Source: Gammaproteobacteria bacterium (GTDB lineage Bacteria > Pseudomonadota > Gammaproteobacteria > HIGHO2-12-38-15). Taken from it: a stretch of DNA of 59,523 bases. Below are positions 51,384-59,523 of the stretch, piece by piece (the stretch's first letter is position 1; every line of letters begins with the position of its first letter). A program made the position numbers and the translations under genes. The notes beneath the pieces are model-generated. The model did no database searches, was not told where the DNA came from, and worked only from the letters and a program-made list of their open reading frames with translations. The stretch is taken from assembly GCA_016218405.1 (NCBI GenBank), contig JACREE010000022.1, positions 1-59,523 on the forward strand, given 5' to 3'.

Positions 51384-52706
51384 GTGATTGATTCATTAGA
51401 AATTTCAAATTCTAAACAACAAGTTGCGGTGCTTGGTGCGGGACCAATGGGATTAGCCGTTGCTTATCAATTGATATTAGATGGATATCAACCCATTGTT
51501 TTTGAAGCCGATGATCGTGTGGGAGGTATGACGGCTGCTTTCGATTTTAATGGTTTGACCATCGAACGTTATTATCACTTTCACTGTACTTCTGATAACG
51601 ATTTTTTTCAAATGCTAGATGAGTTGGGCTTGGCAAGTCAAATGCGGTGGATCGAAACTAAAATGGGTTATTGGTACCAGAATAGGTTACAGTCTTGGGG
51701 AAACCCCTACGCTCTAATCAAGTTCAAAGGATTGAACTTGATTTCAAAATTTCGCTATGGCCTACATGCTTTTTTAGCGACAAAACGAAATGATTGGCGT
51801 TCTCTCGATCATAAAAATGCATCAGCTTGGATTAAACGTTGGGTTGGTAAAAAGGCGTATGAAGTATTATGGCAACGATTATTTGATTATAAATTTTATA
51901 ATTACTCGGATAACTTGTCTGCCGCATGGATATGGAGTCGAATTCGTCGTCTAGGCCGTTCACGATATAATTTATTTCGAGAAAAATTGGGTTATCTAGA
52001 AGGAGGATCTGAAACTTTGCTTCAAGCCATGGTAGAAGCTATCGAAAATGGTGGAGGTAAAATTTGTTTGAAGACGCCTGTTACAAAAGTAGTGATTGAT
52101 AAAAATCATGTGCAAGGTATAGAAATACGTGGAAAATTTCAACCATTTGACAGGGTTATTAGCACCATCCCATTACCGTATATTTCAACACTAATACCTG
52201 ATTTACCTCGCGAAATTTCAAAGGCATTTCAATCGATACAGAACATCGCAGTGGTTTGTGTTATTGTCAAATTGAGTAAATCCATTACTGAAAATTTTTG
52301 GCTCAACATAAATGATCCTGAAATGGATATACCAGGTTTGGTTGAATACAGTAACCTGCGACCACTTGACTGTCACTTAGTTTACGTTCCCTTTTATATG
52401 CCTGGTGAGCATCCTAAGTATCAAGAGCCTGATCAATCATTTTTGAATAAAGTTCGATGTTATCTTAAAAAAATTAATCCCAGTTTAACTGATGATGATT
52501 TTATTGATCTACGAGCAAGCCGCTACCGATATGCCCAACCTATTTGTGAACCCGGATATTTAAATAAATTACCGCCTCTGAAGTTACCAATCAAAAATCT
52601 TTTAGTTGTTGATACATCCTATTACTATCCTGAAGATCGAGGGATATCTGAAAGTATTGGTTTTGGTAGAAAACTAGCAAAAATAATAAAATCAGAAAAT
52701 TTATAG
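51384..52706 (+). CDS. FAD-dependent oxidoreductase (amine oxidase/protoporphyrinogen oxidase-like fold)
   Basis: VAVLGAGPMGL, FEADDRVGG, ERYYHF, LGYLEGG, YYYPEDRG. Confidence 0.82.
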   Translation: MIDSLEISNSKQQVAVLGAGPMGLAVAYQLILDGYQPIVFEADDRVGGMTAAFDFNGLTIERYYHFHCTSDNDFFQMLDELGLASQMRWIETKMGYWYQNRLQSWGNPYALIKFKGLNLISKFRYGLHAFLATKRNDWRSLDHKNASAWIKRWVGKKAYEVLWQRLFDYKFYNYSDNLSAAWIWSRIRRLGRSRYNLFREKLGYLEGGSETLLQAMVEAIENGGGKICLKTPVTKVVIDKNHVQGIEIRGKFQPFDRVISTIPLPYISTLIPDLPREISKAFQSIQNIAVVCVIVKLSKSITENFWLNINDPEMDIPGLVEYSNLRPLDCHLVYVPFYMPGEHPKYQEPDQSFLNKVRCYLKKINPSLTDDDFIDLRASRYRYAQPICEPGYLNKLPPLKLPIKNLLVVDTSYYYPEDRGISESIGFGRKLAKIIKSENL

Positions 52707-52746
52707 TTATTCTCAAATTTTATCAATTAGTACAGAATAACAATTT

Positions 52747-54543
52747 TTAGATATTTAACAAGAACTGTACCCACTGATTTTTCCAATCTATGGATACATT
52801 GGCAGCAGATTTTTTGAATGCTTCTCTAGCCTTGATAACTTGACTACTAGACCACCACCTCCATGGCTCTGACCAAATACAGTTGATATGTTCTGCGATG
52901 GATTTAGGATCATGAAAAACAATATTGGCTTGATGCAATATATCCAACAAGGGTTGAGTAGAGGGATGTCTTTCATAAAATTCTTCCGGATAAAACATGA
53001 CTGTGGGTATGCCTGAGGTCATGGCTTCAGCGAATGTTGTTTCCGGGTATGTGCAGACGATGAGTTTAGCAAGTTTAAACACCTTATCTACAGTTGGCTC
53101 AGATAACACATGATCTTCTCCCAGTATATCCTTGAATCTTTGTTCAGTGTTGAGCGCTAGATATGAGCTGTATGGGGGAGGCTTTATTTTGACATGGCGC
53201 CCGATAGATTTATCCAGGTAGTTGTATAGCTGTACAGTCATATCAAATGATCGCAGACATTGAGCGGCCATTGGGTAAAAATGAATACGGTGTACCCATC
53301 TTGGATGCTCGTTTCCAATAAAACAACAATATTTACCATGATAGTGAGGTGACAAGTCTCTGTACTTTTTGATTAATCTAGATGGGGGAACTTGTTGATG
53401 TTTTTTGTGGTAGGGAGAGAACCAAGTACCTTTTAAATCGGATATATCTTCTTCAAAATCAAATAATTCTTTATGAGCGGGTAGGGAACCTCCATGCTCT
53501 AAAATAATAAGCCTTACACCTTTTTGTATTTGTTCGGCAAACCAAAATTTAGCCACGATATTTCCCCAGTGAGCATTGGCCGTCACAATGGCTTTGGTTT
53601 TTATGGGTATTTTTTTAACATATTGAGATAAATGTTCGTATCCCTCAATAATAGAAACGGGCATATCGTGAAAGATAAATTTTTTAATAAATGTTTCAAA
53701 TGATGATTTTGCTGCAAAGTCAATTTGCAGATTATTCCGTATGGATTCACTAATTTTTAAATCTGAGAGTCCATTTACTCGATTTTGATCAAATTCATTT
53801 ACAAATAAGCGGGGAATTTGCCCAATAGAGACGTTCAGACTGATTAATTCGAAGAGATCAAAATAGGACCAATAAAAAACTACGTTATAATTATAAACAT
53901 ACTTACCAATGAGTTGATCTAAGAGGTTAGCTGCCTTCCCAAAAAGATTTTTTAAATTATAGATTGATTTTTTATTACCATTCGACTTGGAGGAAACTTT
54001 AGGACTGGTACACGATGCTTTAGCTTTTCGTATGATAGATTTTTTTAGAGGGCTATTTTCAATAATTCTTTGGTATATGATCTGATTCCACTCATCAGAA
54101 AAAATTTGAGTCAAATAATCATCATAACTAAATGATGGCTTTATTGTTTCAGTTGTAAAATAAATCTTATATTCATCAAAAAATTCAAAAGCATACCGTA
54201 AACATTCCCATCGATCAAAGAGAACGCTGATATAGCTCATTAACCATGGATCTAATAAAATTTGCCAATAACGCGTAGAGTAATTAACTCCATGAAGCCT
54301 GTTCAATGTATCAGTTAAACTGGTCAAAAGTGAGTGGTGTAGCGATTCTAAATAATCATAATCCTTTTTTAATTTTTCTCTGTCGTCCCAATGAAAAGGG
54401 ATAGTCTCATGATGCCGAGCACCCCAGACATGCTTTCGCTCATAAAGCTTACACCATTCGCCAGAAAACACGATATCTTCTGAATTTCCCCAGGTATTCT
54501 CAAGTGCTGTTAGAGCCAATAGTTTAACGTTCTTAGTGGGCAT
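52747..54543 (-). CDS. LIC12162-family putative transferase (surface-glycan loci)
   Basis: TALENTW...FSGEWC, HWDDREK, LNRLHGVNYSTRYWQILLDPWL, EHGG, TTFAEA. Confidence 0.72.
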   Translation of the reverse strand: MPTKNVKLLALTALENTWGNSEDIVFSGEWCKLYERKHVWGARHHETIPFHWDDREKLKKDYDYLESLHHSLLTSLTDTLNRLHGVNYSTRYWQILLDPWLMSYISVLFDRWECLRYAFEFFDEYKIYFTTETIKPSFSYDDYLTQIFSDEWNQIIYQRIIENSPLKKSIIRKAKASCTSPKVSSKSNGNKKSIYNLKNLFGKAANLLDQLIGKYVYNYNVVFYWSYFDLFELISLNVSIGQIPRLFVNEFDQNRVNGLSDLKISESIRNNLQIDFAAKSSFETFIKKFIFHDMPVSIIEGYEHLSQYVKKIPIKTKAIVTANAHWGNIVAKFWFAEQIQKGVRLIILEHGGSLPAHKELFDFEEDISDLKGTWFSPYHKKHQQVPPSRLIKKYRDLSPHYHGKYCCFIGNEHPRWVHRIHFYPMAAQCLRSFDMTVQLYNYLDKSIGRHVKIKPPPYSSYLALNTEQRFKDILGEDHVLSEPTVDKVFKLAKLIVCTYPETTFAEAMTSGIPTVMFYPEEFYERHPSTQPLLDILHQANIVFHDPKSIAEHINCIWSEPWRWWSSSQVIKAREAFKKSAANVSIDWKNQWVQFLLNI

Positions 54544-55942
54544 TTGTTGTGGTTGTCTTATCGTTATTAGTATCTAAAAAAGTATCACGACGAGGAATAA
54601 TGGCTTGACTACCTTCTGGTAGAAGTCCTTTTTCTACTAAGGTTTCTATACCCTGTAGCAGCAAATAATCATTCCATTTGCGGGCGATAAATTGCACGCC
54701 AAAAGGTAAATTATTGAGGCATCTAAAAGCTGGTGCCGCAACTGTGGGTACATGGCATAATGTCCATATCAATGATGGATCGGGTAACTCTTCAATATTT
54801 CTAAGTGGAGCAGAACTTGATGTGCCCATTGTCAATACTAAGTCATAGTCTGCAATTATTTTTTCAAGAAGATGAGTCAAGTGTACTTGTTGATCTAGTG
54901 CGAGCTTGAATCGGCTGGAACTAATGGATTCCCCTTCCTGAATCATTTCACTCATGATAGGTGTAATGTGAGAACTTATTTGTTTTTCATTTTGAAAATA
55001 ATAAGCCAGTGATTTGGTATAAATCACCGAATGAATTTCATGTGCCTCGCTAAAGAGGGTTGGCAGTTCAATTTCTTCTAAAGTGAACCCAGGTGTTGAA
55101 TCAATTTGTTTAGCCAGTTTTTCAACGGAATGCTTCACATACGTTTCTGCACCCGACCAGGTATGCGTTTTTATAAAACCAATGCGCCATTGTTCACTTT
55201 GTTTTTTAGGAAAAGCGCCCCGCGAATCAACTTTTTTATAAACAAAAGGGTAGTTGGGTCCTCGAACGCGCACTTGATCAAGAATGACACGCAAACTTTT
55301 AGCATGTGCAGCAATAAAGCCGATAGTATCCAAGGAATCAGTTGTTTTTAATACACCCGTACGAGGAATCATACCAAAAGAAGGTTTCATGCCCCATACG
55401 CCGCAAAAACTTGCAGGGCGCACAATGGATCCTGCAGTTTGTGTAGCCAATGCAAACGGTACCATACCCGTGGCCACTGCGGCTGCTGAACCACTGGAAG
55501 AAGTACCGGGTGTGCGTGTAGGGTCATGAGGATTTAAAGTTTCATTCAGTGAATGAACCGCAAATTCTGCTGTCACTGTTTTTCCAACGATCAAACCACC
55601 CGCATTCAATAGGGAATCAACGATCCTTGCATTATTACCAGGCGTGAACCCCTTCCAAATCGGAGAGCCCATTTCGGTTGGATAATATTTGGTATTAAAA
55701 ATATCCTTAATACCAAAGGGTATACCCTGAATAAGTTTTAATTTTTCTGTGTAAACCATTTGTAACGCGCTAGATTTTAAATGCGCTAAGTCATAACGCA
55801 CCCAAGCTAACGTATTTTTCTCATGCATCTCTACAGCTTTAATTGTTTCATCTGCTAAATCGCTAAAAGATAACTTTTTTTGACTTAGTTTGATATGTAA
55901 GTCGGGTAATGAATAGTTTAAAAATAAGTTATTCATCGTCAA
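54533..55942 (-). CDS. Amidase-signature (GatA-like) enzyme
   Basis: GIPFGIKD, GKTVTAEFA, TPGTSSSGSAAAVA, TQTAGSIVRPASFCG, LPFGVQ. Confidence 0.9.
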   Translation of the reverse strand: MTMNNLFLNYSLPDLHIKLSQKKLSFSDLADETIKAVEMHEKNTLAWVRYDLAHLKSSALQMVYTEKLKLIQGIPFGIKDIFNTKYYPTEMGSPIWKGFTPGNNARIVDSLLNAGGLIVGKTVTAEFAVHSLNETLNPHDPTRTPGTSSSGSAAAVATGMVPFALATQTAGSIVRPASFCGVWGMKPSFGMIPRTGVLKTTDSLDTIGFIAAHAKSLRVILDQVRVRGPNYPFVYKKVDSRGAFPKKQSEQWRIGFIKTHTWSGAETYVKHSVEKLAKQIDSTPGFTLEEIELPTLFSEAHEIHSVIYTKSLAYYFQNEKQISSHITPIMSEMIQEGESISSSRFKLALDQQVHLTHLLEKIIADYDLVLTMGTSSSAPLRNIEELPDPSLIWTLCHVPTVAAPAFRCLNNLPFGVQFIARKWNDYLLLQGIETLVEKGLLPEGSQAIIPRRDTFLDTNNDKTTTTNAH

Positions 55943-57161
55943 GGCCCTTATCTCTTGCTATTCTTGGATCGGGTTTATGCAGATGTTTTTGAATAATTTG
56001 CTCAACGAAGGGGACGATGCGCTCGGCATTGGGTCTTGATTTAGCATGAATGGGCAATTGAATATCTTTCAGCGCGTCAATTTTTTTATTTTTCATTGTG
56101 GCATAAAATGCTTCTTCTGATAGCCCTGTTATTTTCAGATAATAATCCAATGCTTCTGGTCGCTCTTGATCGTGTTGCTTAATTAACTCAAAGCCTTCTT
56201 CTCTGCTTAATAAACCATTGCGGACATCGACGGCCGCTTGCCAGGTGGCTCGCCCAAATCCTCGTTTTAAATAGCAGGTAAAATCATGCATACCAGACAT
56301 GATACACTCTGCACTTTTATAACCTTTATAGGTTCCTTCCATTTCTGTTTCTCGCCAGCCATAGACGTTTCGTATCCACTCCGTTTGTCGTTCTTCATCC
56401 CAAAAAATAAAATCTCCTAAATGTATACCCCAAACCCCCGTATTATTTATTTCCTCGTAGCTGGGCAGTTCAAAAGGATGCAAGTCTTTTTTAGATAAGG
56501 TGTCATCCGCCATCTCTTTAGCGGTAAGTCTTGCAGATACTTTTGTAAAATAATCGCGATCAAATTTGTGGCAGGGGGTACTGTAAGAAGCCCTGCCATC
56601 GTTTTCAGCAATAGACTCACCCCATACCAACAAAGGTATGTTAAATCTTGTGGCCACTTGTAGCGGGAATGCTCCCACGCCTGAATGACAATGCCAACAC
56701 GAATCGCCAATAGCCCCCAATGATTTTTTTGCTAATTTGTTCACTAATCCACGAGCAGGTGTGAATTGTAAATGGTCTAAATTAAATACTTCGAGGCAAC
56801 GTTGTAAATTATAAAATCCAGTTTCTGAAAACCAATTGTGACTAAATGTGACAGCCAAAGGTTTTAATCCATATATTTTGGTTAGGACATGCGCCTGAAA
56901 GAAACTGTCTTTTCCTCCAGAAATAGGTAATACACAATCATAGTTATTTCCAGCTTTGGTTTTAGCTTCATTCAGGATTTTTTTTAGCTGTTCTTCACGT
57001 TTTGCCCAATTGATATGCATTTTATCTTCCGATGAGCGGCACGCTGTGCATATTCCCAGTTCATCAAAATTAACGCCTTCTTGTGTTTCTGGCACACAGC
57101 AACGAATACAATATTGAATACCTTCGATTGGCTTGGTTACCGAATGATTAGTATCGTTCAT
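55929..57161 (-). CDS. N-acetyl sugar amidotransferase (WbuX/PseA family, PP-loop)
   Basis: CIRC...CTAC, YDCVLPISGGKDS, CWHCH, LVWGE, HDFTCYLKRGFGRAT. Confidence 0.9.
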   Translation of the reverse strand: MNDTNHSVTKPIEGIQYCIRCCVPETQEGVNFDELGICTACRSSEDKMHINWAKREEQLKKILNEAKTKAGNNYDCVLPISGGKDSFFQAHVLTKIYGLKPLAVTFSHNWFSETGFYNLQRCLEVFNLDHLQFTPARGLVNKLAKKSLGAIGDSCWHCHSGVGAFPLQVATRFNIPLLVWGESIAENDGRASYSTPCHKFDRDYFTKVSARLTAKEMADDTLSKKDLHPFELPSYEEINNTGVWGIHLGDFIFWDEERQTEWIRNVYGWRETEMEGTYKGYKSAECIMSGMHDFTCYLKRGFGRATWQAAVDVRNGLLSREEGFELIKQHDQERPEALDYYLKITGLSEEAFYATMKNKKIDALKDIQLPIHAKSRPNAERIVPFVEQIIQKHLHKPDPRIARDKGLDDE

Positions 57162-57175
57162 GTTTTTCCTTGTAC

Positions 57176-57324
57176 TAGGCTCTGTTTACAATTCTAACTA
57201 TGCTGGTCATAAACCCTTGATTTACTGTGCTCCACTACTCACATACCCACCCACGTATGCTCCGTTGCGGTGCTCGAAAATCAAGGGTTTATGTTTCAGC
57301 CTGGCGAATTGTAAACAGACCTTA
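57176..57324. repeat. Nested palindromic element (RPE/MITE-like), copy 2
   Basis: Perfect 14-bp IR TCTGTTTACAATTC (57181-57194 / 57306-57319), perfect 16-bp IR CATAAACCCTTGATTT (57208-57223 / 57278-57293), central CATAC/GTATG; TA at both ends. Confidence 0.85.
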
Positions 57325-58197
57325 CACTATAGACTGTAAATGTATGATTTCCGAGTGTGGTAAATTACACTTCGCCCCTCCGGGTGGTATGGAACAGATA
57401 ACGTGTTTTTTTGCTAAAAGCCCCACAACCATTGCCATGGTCTGACAGCCAACAACCATATCGCTGTTTATAATTTCTTCTAATAACGTTTGATTGCCTA
57501 TTTCTATAGGTAAACCAAATTCGTTTTGTACCCACCGATATTTTTCTCTCGGTTCGGACGGATGGGGACGTATTACAATGCGACTAATACGTTTATGTAC
57601 TTTATTGCAATGTGTAAGAAAATACTTCAACGCTTCTTCTTCAGTGTAACCCCAATAATGCTGATCTCCATATTGTTTAAAAGCATGGTCACGAATGGGT
57701 TCGCAAACATATAAAACAACAATTTCATCTGACAAACGCTCTTTAATGGGTATATTAGATAATATCTGTTTTATTTCTTTCAGATAAGGATTATCAATCA
57801 TTTTTATAACGATATCTGGAAAAACAGTTTTGGCAAGCGTTTCTGCAACGGCATCTCCCACCCATATTTCATCAGGCAAACAAACTTCATCATTTCTAAT
57901 GAAGCGTTCTTTATAATTCACCCAATGATCAAGAAAAGCAACTGATCGTTTGGATTGAGAGCGTGCATATTTTATGGCGTTGAATTCTAATTCAGATTGC
58001 CAGCTTGTTCCGCATAATATTTGTTCTGATTGTTGAATGGCTGCATATAAATTTTCTTGTTTTGTTGGTCCTAATTTTGATTCAAAAATTTTTTTTGCAG
58101 GTCCATCTAATACAAAGAGACAGTCAATGTTCTGTTGACGTATATAACTGCTGATTATTTCGGCCCCACCCGCATCATGCGAAACGACAGTATACAT
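57322..58197 (-). CDS. Hypothetical protein of a nonulosonic-acid-type locus, possibly GT-B-like
   Basis: VSHDAGGAE, FLDHWVNY, IRPHPSE; function not recognised. Confidence 0.55.
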   Translation of the reverse strand: MYTVVSHDAGGAEIISSYIRQQNIDCLFVLDGPAKKIFESKLGPTKQENLYAAIQQSEQILCGTSWQSELEFNAIKYARSQSKRSVAFLDHWVNYKERFIRNDEVCLPDEIWVGDAVAETLAKTVFPDIVIKMIDNPYLKEIKQILSNIPIKERLSDEIVVLYVCEPIRDHAFKQYGDQHYWGYTEEEALKYFLTHCNKVHKRISRIVIRPHPSEPREKYRWVQNEFGLPIEIGNQTLLEEIINSDMVVGCQTMAMVVGLLAKKHVICSIPPGGAKCNLPHSEIIHLQSIV

Positions 58198-58201
58198 TTA
58201 A

Positions 58202-58735
58202 TTAATCCATTTTGAATTCAGTATGCAGAATTCCATACTCTAACATATCGACTCTTTCACCATTAAGAAATAAATGTTGCCGTCTTGTTCCTTCATGCTT
58301 CATTCCCAATGTGTGTGCTAGTTTTATCATCCCTTTATTGGTGGCGCTGGTGCCACAATAAATTCGCGATAAATTTAATTTATAGAAACCATGTTCCAAT
58401 AATTTTTTTCCAGCTAATAAACCCAGGTTTTTCCCCCAATGGTGTTTATTACCTAAAATAATGGCGAATTCAGCTGTCCTGTTGATAAAAGAAATTTCCT
58501 GAAGACTGATGTTACCTACGTGGCCATCTTTGTTATGACAGATGGCCCAAACAATTTGGTCATTTTGATTTAAAGTATGGAGATATTCTCTAAAATAGGT
58601 TTTTGTTCTAAAAAATTTCCCATGCGAATTGTATAAACAAACTTCTTGATCAGAAAACCAGTTTGGATAAGGGCCATTGAGGTCATTTTCATCTAAAGTT
58701 CGAACAAAATATTCATCACTCAGTGCATAAATCAT
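58202..58735 (-). CDS. GNAT N-acetyltransferase (RimJ/PseH-like)
   Basis: HVGNISL, AEFAIILG...WGKNLG, LNLSRIY, LGMKHEG. Confidence 0.85.
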   Translation of the reverse strand: MIYALSDEYFVRTLDENDLNGPYPNWFSDQEVCLYNSHGKFFRTKTYFREYLHTLNQNDQIVWAICHNKDGHVGNISLQEISFINRTAEFAIILGNKHHWGKNLGLLAGKKLLEHGFYKLNLSRIYCGTSATNKGMIKLAHTLGMKHEGTRRQHLFLNGERVDMLEYGILHTEFKMD

Positions 58736-58800
58736 CGTAACTCACCTGGATTATCCTATGCTTCTTGGGATATTTTTCGTCTTGAAGAAACATGTACCAC

Positions 58801-59523
58801 TCATGTATTTCCCTTGCGCTGAATATGTTGGTTTAGAGCCACCCAGTCAGGATTTTTACGCAATAATTTCACCACATCCAAACAACTAAAATGCAAATTA
58901 TCCTTCCCAAAATATTCGATGATGCGTTTGATGAGGTCGTAATCAGCCTGTTCATCTAAAGTTAAACCTAATTCAGGCCAATGAATTTCAGGAGGGGCAA
59001 CGACATGAATAGGAAAAAATAATTCTGGATGGTTGCGAATATGTAAAGTCACATGCTCATGATCCAAGGAATCGTTAGTCATAGCAGCAGATCGCTTCAA
59101 CGTTTCTAGTCTAAAAACCTGGGTGTCCATACCATCTGGATAACTTCTAATGTGCCCATTGCTCACATAATCTGTTTTGTTTTCCTTAAATATTCTAATT
59201 GTTTGTTCAACAATTTGAGGATCTATGATAGGGCAATCCCCTGTAATTTCAACAATGACTCCGGCATTAACTGATTCGCCTGCTCCTATGACCCGTGACA
59301 TAACGTTATCTTCACTGCCACGAAAACAGTGAATATTTTGTTGGAATGCGAATTTCTCAAGCACATCATCTGTGCTGTTAGTGGTTGTTGCTAAAACAAT
59401 ACCATCCAATGAAGGTACAGCCTTTAAGCGAGAAACCAAATAATACAGCATGGGTTTTTCGAATACCGGCATTATCACTTTACCCGGTAAGCGTGAAGAC
59501 GTCATGCGGGCTTCAATTGTTGC
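58801..59523 (-). CDS. SpsF-like cytidylyltransferase (5' end outside the window)
   Basis: Frame open to the edge (ATIEARMTSSRLPGKV), RGSEDNV, ITGDCP, EHVT, LTLD. Confidence 0.88.
   Translation of the reverse strand, partial: ATIEARMTSSRLPGKVIMPVFEKPMLYYLVSRLKAVPSLDGIVLATTTNSTDDVLEKFAFQQNIHCFRGSEDNVMSRVIGAGESVNAGVIVEITGDCPIIDPQIVEQTIRIFKENKTDYVSNGHIRSYPDGMDTQVFRLETLKRSAAMTNDSLDHEHVTLHIRNHPELFFPIHVVAPPEIHWPELGLTLDEQADYDLIKRIIEYFGKDNLHFSCLDVVKLLRKNPDWVALNQHIQRKGNT

Noticed and set aside
57227-57445. 72-aa ORF starting inside the palindromic element (likewise 202-504 over copy 1)
   Set aside because: Frames arise from the repeat and the antisense strand of real genes; no evidence of in-frame insertion into a protein here

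Overview
Compact chromosomal window of a gammaproteobacterium, probably Legionellales/Coxiellales-like. That placement is inferred from a WipA/WipB-type effector-like phosphatase, a LetA/GacA-type regulator and Rickettsia/Legionella-style palindromic elements. About 1-38 kb is mostly housekeeping: minDE, trx, adk, upp, gmhA-hddC-wecA, parE, rubredoxin, an HPt protein, tRNA-Ser, letA/uvrY, an OPT transporter, cca, psd, folK, pcnB, uppS-cdsA-bamA-skp-lpxD-fabZ-lpxA, rlmB, uvrC, pgsA, bioA/bioBFCD and fcl. Between pcnB and lpxA sit the effector-like phosphatase and a three-gene MNIO (DUF692) RiPP cluster. The cluster's Cys-repeat precursor carries a lipobox, has a structured terminator-containing leader upstream and a perfect 18-bp hairpin downstream; this is the best candidate for a new system. 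From about 38 kb the DNA is visibly AT-richer and encodes surface-glycan functions. Two back-to-back lipid-linked sugar cassettes lie there: one with UbiA-HAD, DprE1/DprE2, a GT-C and a second oxidase/reductase pair, the other with a GT-C, a GDPD-like gene, a HAD, three BcbE-like nucleotidyltransferases and a GT2. A nonulosonic-acid-type operon follows, in which a WbuX/PseA amidotransferase is coupled to an amidase-signature enzyme. Read directly from the DNA and absent from the ORF track: a 55-aa rubredoxin, a probable ATT start for pcnB, and two diverged copies of a ~148-bp nested palindromic element. All family calls come from motif recognition by eye; no database search was run.
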